From Candidatus Omnitrophota bacterium (GTDB lineage Bacteria > Omnitrophota > Gorgyraeia > B26-G9 > JBDRCZ01), in contig JBDRCZ010000019.1 of assembly GCA_043821285.1 (NCBI GenBank), positions 2,234 to 66,233 on the forward strand: a DNA stretch of 64,000 nt, read 5' to 3'. This document shows positions 30,352 to 38,846 of this stretch, piece by piece; position 1 is the first letter of the stretch; every line of letters starts with the position of its first letter. The notes beneath the pieces were generated by a model. The model saw only the letters and a program-made list of their open reading frames with translations. It had not been told where the DNA came from and ran no database searches. A program made the position numbers and the translations under genes.

Positions 30352-30421
30352 TTAAATGAGCAGACAATTTACAGAGTATAAGCTCTGTAAATTGCAGGAC
30401 TACGTCCGTCTGCGAATTTAA
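30352..30421. repeat. Repeat family E, copy E1 (70 bp)
   Basis: TTAAATG.G.AGACAAT...GTCCGTCTGCGAATT matches 42804-42873. Confidence 0.7.
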
Positions 30422-30423
30422 CA

Positions 30424-31158
30424 TTAACGCTTACCTATTGACTCAATTACTGCTGCTTTATAAAATGGATTTACAATCTGGTCCAAAACCACTCCTAATT
30501 TTCCAAACATGGTAAATGGCACATAAACAATATCACCGGATTCAAGTTGTATATTTTGCGATAAATCTCCTTCATATAGCAAGGCTAATAAATTAATCTT
30601 TTTCACTTTTACCTTTTTTTCGTTGGGTGCCGGGGTAATAATACGGGTTTTGCGCATTGAGGCCAAATGTGTCGTTAATCCCGCAGCAAGCACTGCTTCT
30701 CTCACGGTCAAAATATTCCCTCTCATTGGATACTCACCGGGTCTGGCCACCGCGCCAATAACATAAATCTTTTTACTGTTAAATTCCGCAATGGAAAGGA
30801 TAACTTCAGGTTGTTTAACAAACTTTGTCAATTCTTCCAGGAGTTTTTCCTTAATTTGTTTTGTTGTTAAATCTCCAACTTTTATATCTCCGACAAATAC
30901 ATATTGAATAGTCCCATCATGTCTAACTCTAAATCTGCCGCTTAGTTCTGAATGCCGCTGTACTTGTATATCGAGAACATCTCCTATGCCAAGAATATAA
31001 TCTTCTAATATATATACTTCTGATGCATTATATTCATTATCAACTCTAATGCCAATTTCATCTTCTTGCTCTTTATCATCTAAAGCAAAAACATTCGTAC
31101 AGGAACAAAACGCAGATATAATTATTATCACCAACATTGTTATTTTTCTAAAAAACAT
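30424..31158 (-). CDS. Polysaccharide biosynthesis/export protein (Wza-like, SLBB)
   Basis: YILGIGDVLDI, DGTI, VIGAVARPG and GDIVYVP motifs; signal peptide. Confidence 0.9.
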   Translation of the reverse strand: MFFRKITMLVIIIISAFCSCTNVFALDDKEQEDEIGIRVDNEYNASEVYILEDYILGIGDVLDIQVQRHSELSGRFRVRHDGTIQYVFVGDIKVGDLTTKQIKEKLLEELTKFVKQPEVILSIAEFNSKKIYVIGAVARPGEYPMRGNILTVREAVLAAGLTTHLASMRKTRIITPAPNEKKVKVKKINLLALLYEGDLSQNIQLESGDIVYVPFTMFGKLGVVLDQIVNPFYKAAVIESIGKR

Positions 31159-31181
31159 TTTGCCCTCCTTAGTTTAAGAAC

Positions 31182-31348
31182 GGTTCTGTCAAAAATATCT
31201 GCACATTTTTTAAAGCACTCACAGAGCATAAGCACCCATAGGACACAAGCAGCCACTGATTACTCAGATTAAATTGATTTTATTCTTTTAAATCCTGCTC
31301 TAAATCTGTGGTTGCATTTAATTCTTTCATAGGATTTTTGACACTACC
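31182..31348. mobile_element. IS1-like MITE (167 bp)
   Basis: TIRs GGTTCTGTCAAAAAT and GGTAGTGTCAAAAAT (13/15 identical); perfect 7-bp direct repeat TAAGAAC at 31175-31181 and 31349-31355. Confidence 0.8.
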
Positions 31349-31354
31349 TAAGAA

Positions 31355-31546
31355 CTAGTACAATGTTTCATGAAACGACCGGATAGATTCAAGCTCTTCC
31401 TGTGTATAGACACGCCAACCGCGATAATCTCTTTTTGGCCTGCTTATTTTACCAGATTTCTCCCATCGCATAATCGTTTTGGTCGTTACCCCAAGGGTCC
31501 GGGCAATATCAGTAATTGTCATTCTGCCATTATCTACCACTTTCAA
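31355..31546 (-). CDS. Small MerR-family HTH DNA-binding protein
   Basis: TITDIARTLGVTTKTIMRWEKSG..RDYRGWRVY; GAGG SD. Confidence 0.9.
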   Translation of the reverse strand: MKVVDNGRMTITDIARTLGVTTKTIMRWEKSGKISRPKRDYRGWRVYTQEELESIRSFHETLY

Positions 31547-31594
31547 ACCTCCTCGTTAAATGATTGGTTCTGTCAAAAGTATCCGCATATTTTG

Positions 31595-31716
31595 CAAAGC
31601 AACCGCAGGTTTTCAATATATAAAAAAATTTCTCATACTGCATAACCTCATCACCTTGGAATAATACCATGCAGTCTTGCAGCAGGAATAATAAAGGTGA
31701 AAGAGGATTTTTATTC
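31595..31716. repeat. Repeat family A, copy A5 (inverted), next to an IS1-like end at 31566
   Basis: Reverse complement aligns to A1 (e.g. TGATGAGGTTATGCAGTA). Confidence 0.8.
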
Positions 31717-31827
31717 GGTACAGACTTTTCATGAAATACCCATACTGTCTTATACATCTATGCACTAAAAAATAAGCAGCAATATAGCGCGTATTTATGC
31801 TGCCGGTTAAAGCATATTAGATATATT

Positions 31828-31843
31828 AGCATATACTGTGCCA
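31828..31843 (-). promoter_or_regulatory. Sigma54 (-24/-12) promoter of the EPS operon
   Basis: TGGCACAGTATATGCT on minus strand (GG-N10-GC); AT-rich upstream region with IHF-like CATCAATAAGTTA at 31906-31918. Confidence 0.65.
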
Positions 31844-32083
31844 AAATATCTAAGACAGTCCAGATAAATAAAAAAATCAGTTTTCTATATTTATAACTGA
31901 TTAATCATCAATAAGTTATAATTTATTATTTTATTTTATTTTCGAGCAATTTTTTTAAAGAATATTTTTGTAAAATTCAAAAATGTCCATATAAAACAAC
32001 ATTATTTGTAAAAAAATAAATATTTTATATCCTAACTCATTTTATTTTAAATAGTTCTAAATAATGTCTAAAAATATAATCAC

Positions 32084-32124
32084 CATAAAAATACCCTGCA
32101 GCACGCTACAGGGTTATTTTTATG
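32084..32124. terminator. Hairpin downstream of rnpB, possible terminator
   Basis: CATAAAAATACCCTG...CAGGGTTATTTTTATG inverted repeat with T-rich flanks. Confidence 0.4.
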
Positions 32125-32228
32125 CTGGAAAACGCAAGTATTTTCCAATTATCCGCCTTACTGAATGCAAACACATTTTTTTATCGCGAAGCGGATAAAT
32201 GATTATTTTTGCGTAGCAAAAATAAAAA

Positions 32229-32593
32229 GAGCAAACCGATAAGCCGAGTTCTGTATTCCAGCAAATTGCTGAAACGATGGTCATCTATCTATCACTAGTG
32301 TTACCACTAGTTTTAAGCAACCATACCCGCCCTGCTGCCTCATAAAAGGCAATGAACGAGCCGTTCAATACAGGGACCTATTTGGTCTTGCTCTACGTAG
32401 AGATTGCCACGTTTCACCCCCCATTATCCGCTATAATTATAGCGAAGTAACCAAATGGAGACTCGTCTCTGTTGCTCTAATCCTCTTGCCACGATTTAAT
32501 GGCAAGGACGGGCGTTACCCGCTACGCTGCTCTATAGAGCTCGGACTTTCCTCCCCGTGGTAAAATACCACGGAGCGACCATCTGGTCTGCTC
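32229..32593 (-). ncRNA. rnpB: RNase P RNA, bacterial type A
   Basis: GAGGAAAGTCC and ACAGAACTCGGCTTA universal motifs; P1 pairing GAGCAGACC/GGTTTGCTC. Confidence 0.97.
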
Positions 32594-33000
32594 TTTTTAG
32601 TTGCTTTATCTATTGCTTGTGCAGCTAATTTATCCGCAAGACTATTTTTTTCACGTTTAACATGTTTTAATTCCAGCCGTTCAAACCGGATAAGCAGCTT
32701 TTTTACTCTATTATAAAGCGGTCTTATATTTTTACTTTTTATTTTATACTCGCCGCTAACTTGTTTAACTATCAATTCACTGTCTGAATAAACAATGATA
32801 TGCGCGTATCTTAAATTAGCTGCTTCTTCTAACGCACAGATCAGCGCGGTATATTCTGCAACATTATTTGTTGCAGTGCCAATATAACGGGATATTTCCT
32901 TATAAAAATCATTTTGATCTTTAAAAACCACCCCGATACCTGCGGGGCCAGGATTTCCCTGCGATGCCCCATCAACATTAATTACCAGATTACTCCGCAA
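32515..33000 (-). CDS. rnhA: Ribonuclease HI family protein
   Basis: DGASQGNPGPAG, TNNVAEY, SDSEL and N..AD motifs; C-terminus overlaps rnpB. Confidence 0.93.
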   Translation of the reverse strand: MRSNLVINVDGASQGNPGPAGIGVVFKDQNDFYKEISRYIGTATNNVAEYTALICALEEAANLRYAHIIVYSDSELIVKQVSGEYKIKSKNIRPLYNRVKKLLIRFERLELKHVKREKNSLADKLAAQAIDKATKKSRPDGRSVVFYHGEESPSSIEQRSG

Positions 33001-33012
33001 AATCTTTGTTCC

Positions 33013-33188
33013 TTAATAAAAAAATTCCTTATCATCGATTATCCCGGCATGCAAGACCTCAGGGTATTGCGCCGGCTGTATAATCTTTTGTATCACCGGA
33101 ATTTTTTATACATTTAAAAACCATAGGTTTTTAAGCTTTCCCGCAATAATGTCACCCTGCAGCAAAACTACCGGGAATAGGCAAGTTT
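33013..33188. repeat. Repeat family A, copy A4
   Basis: Outer stem around a 69-nt loop; TTAAAAACC-ATA-GGTTTTTAA hairpin; GGGAATAGGCAA tail. Confidence 0.85.
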
Positions 33189-33906
33189 AACCTTCTTCCT
33201 TCACATACAAGATCCGTGCACACCGTTCACACAAGATCAGATTGTTATTCATTTTAATTTCATTTATGACCTGAGGCGGTGTAATCATAAAACAACCACA
33301 GCACATACTATCTTTTACCTCTACAATCCCAAGACTGTCATTCTTCCCGTTGATAATTCGCTCGTATCTTGCTAATATTTCTTTATCAACTTTTGTACTT
33401 ATTTGTGCTCTTTGCAAATTAAGCTGATTTATTTTATCATCAAGCTCCCGCATCGCGATTTCAATGGCAGCAATTTTTTGTTTTGTTAAATCTTCATCTT
33501 CCTTTAATTCATTTTTTTCCTTATCTATTTCTTTTTTTGTTGAATCAATTTTCTCAAGCAGCTTAATAACTTCTTCTTCCAATAACGAGTTATCTGCCTT
33601 CGTCTTATTAATTTCAAGCTGTAATGCTGAATATTCTTTATTTGTCTTTACCTGATAAAGTTGTAACTGCTGTTTTTTTACTGATTCTTCTTTAGTTTGA
33701 AGCTCAAGCTCTTTCGCTTTGCGTTCAAGTTGTGTTTTTTTATAGTTCTCTTCTTTTGTTCTAAAGGAGGTAAGTCTGTGTTCAATACTGTTTTTTAACT
33801 CAGTGATTAGATCTGGTTTTTCGTTTTTTTCTGCAACTAAGGCAGCAGCTTCAGAATCAATCTCTTGCATTTCCATCAACAACTTAAGCTGCTCATTTAT
33901 ATTCAT
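33187..33906 (-). CDS. C4-type zinc-ribbon coiled-coil protein (DUF164, CdsZ/FlgZ-like)
   Basis: Long coiled coil, TNKEY, CCGC..CERCARILY. Confidence 0.9.
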   Translation of the reverse strand: MNINEQLKLLMEMQEIDSEAAALVAEKNEKPDLITELKNSIEHRLTSFRTKEENYKKTQLERKAKELELQTKEESVKKQQLQLYQVKTNKEYSALQLEINKTKADNSLLEEEVIKLLEKIDSTKKEIDKEKNELKEDEDLTKQKIAAIEIAMRELDDKINQLNLQRAQISTKVDKEILARYERIINGKNDSLGIVEVKDSMCCGCFMITPPQVINEIKMNNNLILCERCARILYVKEEG

Positions 33907-33979
33907 TTTTCGATTCTCGTCCTTATATTAATAATCTGCACTGAACCATTTGCTACTAGCTATGTGCCACATGCCAACA

Positions 33980-34056
33980 TGGTGGGCGCAATAGGACTCG
34001 AACCTATGACCTCTCGGATGTGAACCGAACGCTCTAACCAACTGAGCTATGCGCCC
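33980..34056 (-). tRNA. tRNA-Val(CAC)
   Basis: Cloverleaf; anticodon arm TTCGG-TTCACAT-CCGAG; GTTCGA; encoded CCA. Confidence 0.95.
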
Positions 34057-34129
34057 GAATTGACAAATGTCCTGTGGCCAATAGCAAATAGTTAACTATT
34101 TTCTACCGGCTATTTACCACATGCCAACT

Positions 34130-34205
34130 TGGTGGGCCCACAAGGACTCGAACCTTGGACCAAGAGATTATGAGTCTCCTGCTCTGCCAACTGAGCTATG
34201 GGCCC
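34130..34205 (-). tRNA. tRNA with CAT anticodon, probably Ile2 (lysidine)
   Basis: GGAGA-CTCATAA-TCTCT arm; GGGCCC acceptor resembles Ile2 rather than initiator tRNA; encoded CCA. Confidence 0.9.
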
Positions 34206-34241
34206 GGTTTTAAAACAGTTGCGTTTTTAATTTTGGAATTT

Positions 34242-34270
34242 AATATACCATTTTAAACTTTTTTTGTCAA
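34242..34270 (-). promoter_or_regulatory. Sigma70 promoter for the tRNA-zinc ribbon-rnhA-rnpB unit
   Basis: TTGACA-17-TATATT with TG extension. Confidence 0.75.
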
Positions 34271-34406
34271 TTCATAATTCCTACAGACAAGATAATTTTT
34301 ATAACAGTATATTGAGATCAGAAATTGTTTCGTGCTTAGAGCTTCACCTGCCTGCCACCGGTAATAATCTTGTCATTATCTACCGCGTTAGGTGCGGCCA
34401 AATTTT

Positions 34407-35726
34407 TCAGAAAACTAAACCGTCGCAAAACTGATAAATTATCAATAAGGAAATCGCCATAGAAAAGACGATTTTTTGTAAAGGGTTCAATATAAATATT
34501 TCTTTTTTTTGATAATAAAAATAAATTCCAAGCAGCAGCCAAAATAAAAATGAAACCTGTAAGATATAAAAACTATAACTTAATAAGTTATGCACGAAAA
34601 ATGAAACAATTGCACAAAATACGCCAAGAATAACGAAATTATTTCTAATATATTTTATTGTAGATAAAATATGTCCGGTTATTAGGATAAAGACAATAAA
34701 TGGGAAAATACCGTTTTCCGCAAAAATCTGTAAAAAGCTATTATGGACAAATTTTGTTTCATTGGCTTGCGGATATTTATATTCCGGATAAATAATGCCA
34801 AAATTTCCCCCGCCGACACCAAAGATAAAATTGTCTCGAATCATGTTTATTGCCGACTTCCAATAATACAATCTATTAAAAAAAGAATTACTAATATTCG
34901 AATCCGTTGTGGTTTTTAACCGCAATAATGCAACTACCGCAATAATGAGCAGTAAGCATATTAAAAAACAACCGATAAAAACAAATACTTTGCGTTTTTG
35001 TCTCTTGGCTATTTTTAATTTGTGCGCTATAATAAAAAATACCAGCAGCCCGATTAAAAAACCTATTAATGCCCCAATAGATTTTGTAAAAAACAACATC
35101 ACTAACCCCGTAAAAAATAATATAATAAAAATTATTATCTTTTTTATCTGTGTAATGTTTCCGACCATTATGCCAAAACAAACCAAAAGCATCATGCTTA
35201 TATATCCGGCAAAAAGGTTTGGCGAGGGAAAAAATGAAACGATACGTCTGGTTTGCATAATTTCTTTTAGATAGGGGTGTTTAATCAATGAAATATTATT
35301 TTGGACAATATATTCCTGCAGTACACTATATCCCCAAAAGTATTGATACCCGCCGCGCAGTAGTGTTATGACCAAAGATAATAAGATAATAACCCGGCAA
35401 GCGTTGGCATCTTTTTCATCAAACTGCAGGGTTATCATGAAAATAGAATAACACACCAATAAATCAATTAAAAAATTGATCGTGCGATAAGTATTTACGG
35501 AAACTGTAAGACTAACAATTACCGAGCTAAAAAACAAAATTAATAACGCAGTTAAAACTCTATTAAATTTTATTTCTTTGCTCCGCCAGATAAAAAATAT
35601 CACAAAGATAAACCAGAGTAATTTATAATAGCTTGCCGTAACCGGATAAACACTATCCGCAATAAATGAGCGGGCAAAAACAAATAAAAATAAAATAATA
35701 ATTGTCGGCTTAAGATTTTTTAGCAC
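34407..35726 (-). CDS. O-antigen ligase family protein
   Basis: Multi-TM; PNLFAGY, TKS, GVGGGNF and VHNSFLQ motifs. Confidence 0.85.
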   Translation of the reverse strand: MLKNLKPTIIILFLFVFARSFIADSVYPVTASYYKLLWFIFVIFFIWRSKEIKFNRVLTALLILFFSSVIVSLTVSVNTYRTINFLIDLLVCYSIFMITLQFDEKDANACRVIILLSLVITLLRGGYQYFWGYSVLQEYIVQNNISLIKHPYLKEIMQTRRIVSFFPSPNLFAGYISMMLLVCFGIMVGNITQIKKIIIFIILFFTGLVMLFFTKSIGALIGFLIGLLVFFIIAHKLKIAKRQKRKVFVFIGCFLICLLLIIAVVALLRLKTTTDSNISNSFFNRLYYWKSAINMIRDNFIFGVGGGNFGIIYPEYKYPQANETKFVHNSFLQIFAENGIFPFIVFILITGHILSTIKYIRNNFVILGVFCAIVSFFVHNLLSYSFYILQVSFLFWLLLGIYFYYQKKEIFILNPLQKIVFSMAISLLIIYQFCDGLVF

Positions 35727-36690
35727 ACTTAATTTTTTCCCTGAGGGTTTTTCTCTTATTATAGGCGCTTTTAAAATATTTTAAATTTTTAATCGTATCC
35801 CTGATCAAATACGGCTCAAACAATAAAACATATCCCCAAAGTTTTAGCTCATAGCATATTATAAATGGCAAAGTTAACAAAAAATCTGGCAAAGTATCAT
35901 TTTTAATCATCGCCATATAACGGTTTTTTACGAGATGCGTTTTAAGCTCGCGGGGAAGCCAGCTGAAATTATATTTTTCAAGAAATTTAAATTTAGGTTT
36001 TTTGCTCTTTGCCGTGCCACCTCTTACGTGATAGGCAACCGCCCCTGGTACATAATAGGCCTTCCAGCCCAAGAGATTTGCCCGCCAGCTCAAATCCAGG
36101 TCTTCGTAAAAAATCTGAAAATCTTCGTCAAAATACTCGCCGTTTAATTTTATATCTTCCAGCATTTCACGTTTAAAAAGAACTGCCACTGCCGCTGCAC
36201 CAAAAATATATTCGGCTTTATTATATCGGCCTATGTCTATCGTCCCATAGCCGCGCTCTACCGGTTTGCGCGATTTGCCGAGGAAAAGTCCGGTAGTATC
36301 AATCGTCTTTTTATCCTGCCGCAAGACTTTCCCGCAGGCCATACCAGCTTTAGGATACAATGTAAGCGCTTCTACTAACTTCGTGATGAACAAAGGTTCA
36401 AGTTCCACATCATCATTCAGGCACAGGATTAACTCTCCTTTTGTCAAATTTATCCCAATATTCTGAGATTTTGCAAATAGCAGATTTTCATTATTCATCA
36501 CTAATTTTACATGGGGAAAGTTTACCCTGACAGATTCCCATAGATTACCATCTATGCTATTTGTCACTAAAATGACTTCCAGGGGGGTGTATGTTTGTTG
36601 GCTTAAAGAACGCAGGCAGTTAAGATAATCGTCATTACTGCCACAGGTTGGAATAATAACCGCAACTGAATTTTCCGGTGATTTATTCAT
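35710..36690 (-). CDS. GT2 glycosyltransferase
   Basis: LCLNDDV and FYEDLDLSWRA motifs; start at MNKS. Confidence 0.9.
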   Translation of the reverse strand: MNKSPENSVAVIIPTCGSNDDYLNCLRSLSQQTYTPLEVILVTNSIDGNLWESVRVNFPHVKLVMNNENLLFAKSQNIGINLTKGELILCLNDDVELEPLFITKLVEALTLYPKAGMACGKVLRQDKKTIDTTGLFLGKSRKPVERGYGTIDIGRYNKAEYIFGAAAVAVLFKREMLEDIKLNGEYFDEDFQIFYEDLDLSWRANLLGWKAYYVPGAVAYHVRGGTAKSKKPKFKFLEKYNFSWLPRELKTHLVKNRYMAMIKNDTLPDFLLTLPFIICYELKLWGYVLLFEPYLIRDTIKNLKYFKSAYNKRKTLREKIKCAKKS

Positions 36691-36783
36691 GGCAAATAGG
36701 CAATTACCTCTACCGGGACTTTCACCCTGTTCGGGCACAGAGCTTGCTCGGCTGTACTTTCGTGTTCTCTATGCTAAAATTTT

Positions 36784-37119
36784 TCACTTAACCTGCGCAA
36801 TGTATTTCATTTTCAGTTCATATAACATTTCATCAACTAATTTTTCTTCTTCGGCTAATAAATTTCCTTTGGTTTTCTCCTTAAGTAAATCAATTGTATC
36901 AATGATATATTTTGCCTGAATAATATCTTTCTCTTTTTGTCCTGTCGCCGGATTTTCCATTTCTCCTAAAAACATTAATGCCTGCATCCCCAGACTGCTA
37001 ATAAATAAAGAAAAATTCGCCGCCGGCGCCTCTCCGGCATGCCGAGGAGCATCAGCCGGCTCTTTTTTTTCTTCCTCTACCTTATTTTTCCACGACTCAT
37101 CTATTTTTTTATCCATCAC
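36784..37119 (-). CDS. DUF1844 family protein
   Basis: QALMFLG..NP..AKYIIDTIDLLKEKTKGNL. Confidence 0.85.
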   Translation of the reverse strand: MMDKKIDESWKNKVEEEKKEPADAPRHAGEAPAANFSLFISSLGMQALMFLGEMENPATGQKEKDIIQAKYIIDTIDLLKEKTKGNLLAEEEKLVDEMLYELKMKYIAQVK

Positions 37120-37909
37120 CCCATACCCCTTTCCATGGTTTATCTCTTAGCTGCCGTTTAATCTCCGGCATTGCACTTTCCGCAGCTATCTCACCTCTTT
37201 TTATTATTTCCCGGGCATGATTAAATGACATTTGGTCAAACTCTTGCAGGTTCGGGCTTATCGTAATATCTGCCTGGCTGCTTTCGTAGCGATCTAACTC
37301 CTGTCCTTGAATTTCAAGGGCTTGAAAAATAACCTGGGCAACATTCGTAATCCGGCCCTTCATAATATAAAAACCAATATCTACGGCAATAATAAAATCC
37401 GCCTCTAAGTTTTTTGCGATTTCAACCGGTACGGGACGCTTATACCCTCCATCGACTAACAAACGCCCACCGATTCTTACCGGATTAAATATTCCCACAA
37501 TCGAACAGCTTGCTCTTATTGCCTTAGATAATTGTCCTGACTGAAAAATTACTTCTTCTCCCTTTTCGATATCCAGCGCAACTACTGCCAGCGGAATTTT
37601 AAGATCTTTAAAATCTTTATCGTGCAGGGATTTTCTGATAACCTGTTCTAATCTTTCACCTTTATTTATTCCCATAACCGGCACGGTCAAATCTAACAAA
37701 TCCTGCCATTTAAGCTTGTTTGCCTTTTTTTCAACCTCAACCAATGGTAAATCTAGGGCATAACTTGCTCCAATGAGACTACCGATACTTGTACCCACAA
37801 TAAGGTCAATGATAATATTTTCACGTTTTAAAATCTTGATTACCCCAATATGGGCCAGACCTCTGGCGGCACCACCTCCTAATACTAATGCTATTTTCTT
37901 TTTAGACAT
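37109..37909 (-). CDS. Patatin-like phospholipase (RssA family)
   Basis: GGGAARG, GTSIG and DGG motifs. Confidence 0.92.
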   Translation of the reverse strand: MSKKKIALVLGGGAARGLAHIGVIKILKRENIIIDLIVGTSIGSLIGASYALDLPLVEVEKKANKLKWQDLLDLTVPVMGINKGERLEQVIRKSLHDKDFKDLKIPLAVVALDIEKGEEVIFQSGQLSKAIRASCSIVGIFNPVRIGGRLLVDGGYKRPVPVEIAKNLEADFIIAVDIGFYIMKGRITNVAQVIFQALEIQGQELDRYESSQADITISPNLQEFDQMSFNHAREIIKRGEIAAESAMPEIKRQLRDKPWKGVWGDG

Positions 37910-37938
37910 ATTCTCATCTTTTTGTCTTGTTGGGAAAA

Positions 37939-38745
37939 TTAGGATACAATAATCCCGGCATATCCAACAACACTGGTATAATCTCCGGAGGTATCACCGC
38001 TTGTTTGATATTTTATTAACTTAGCGGATTTTGCTCCTAATTTCTTACAACAAACAAGCATCACGATGATTGGCGCCCATCCGCACATGGTAATATTATA
38101 TTGTTGGATATTATTTAAAAGCCTTTGTTCGTCTAACTGTAAAATTGCATCTATTGCCAGCTGATCTTTATATCTGGCCTGAGCGTCTGACTCATAGTGT
38201 GTGAAATCTGAACTTGCAAGTATCACGACATCTTTTCCATAATCTTTAATCGCCCCGGCAATGTGTTCTCCACACATCTCGTATTCGTTTATTTGTGCCG
38301 TAGACAAAACTACGGGAACAAAATCAAAATCTTTGGCAATATACTGCAGGAATGGTAATTGAACCTCAATCGAGTGTTCGTACGCATGTGCCTGTTCATC
38401 AACCTTAAATTTAGGATATCGGTCAATCAAAGCTGTTGCCAGCTTATTATTTATCTTTACCTTCCCCAAAGGAGTACTCCAAGTTCCACAATTTATAATG
38501 CTAAAACCATATCCCGCGCCGGTATGGTTAGGTCCAAGTAAAATGTAAGTTTTCCCCGGGGACAAGGCCGCATATACACTCCCGGCAACAGTCCCCGAAT
38601 AAATATAACCCGCATGGGGAACGACCGCTCCTAAAATATCTCTCTTTTCTGACTGTTTCGGGATCAACGTTTCCAACTGTCGCGCTAATGCTGATTTTGT
38701 GCCTGGATAAAACTGCCCGGATACGACCGGTTCCCGATCACGCAT
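37939..38745 (-). CDS. amrB: AmmeMemoRadiSam system protein B (MEMO1 family)
   Basis: GQFYP, PHAGYIYSG, EHSIEVQLPFLQ, SSDFTHY and MCG motifs. Confidence 0.93.
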   Translation of the reverse strand: MRDREPVVSGQFYPGTKSALARQLETLIPKQSEKRDILGAVVPHAGYIYSGTVAGSVYAALSPGKTYILLGPNHTGAGYGFSIINCGTWSTPLGKVKINNKLATALIDRYPKFKVDEQAHAYEHSIEVQLPFLQYIAKDFDFVPVVLSTAQINEYEMCGEHIAGAIKDYGKDVVILASSDFTHYESDAQARYKDQLAIDAILQLDEQRLLNNIQQYNITMCGWAPIIVMLVCCKKLGAKSAKLIKYQTSGDTSGDYTSVVGYAGIIVS

Positions 38746-38846
38746 AACTACCCTGCCTTTTTTATTAATTAAAGAAATCCTATCTGCTTTTGATATTTAA
38801 TGCCTGCCGCTGGACACTGCCCAGGCAATCCTCCCTGCTGAATTTA

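Noticed and set aside
33945-34129. tRNA-linked attL/attR of an integrated element
   Set aside because: The duplicated sequence lies outside the tRNAs, only 150 nt apart, with no integrase or cargo
34336-34542. 68-aa minus-strand ORF overlapping the O-antigen ligase 3' end (possible frameshifted tail)
   Set aside because: No recognisable domain; it ends in a CCTGCCTGCC repeat half, so there is insufficient evidence for a pseudogene
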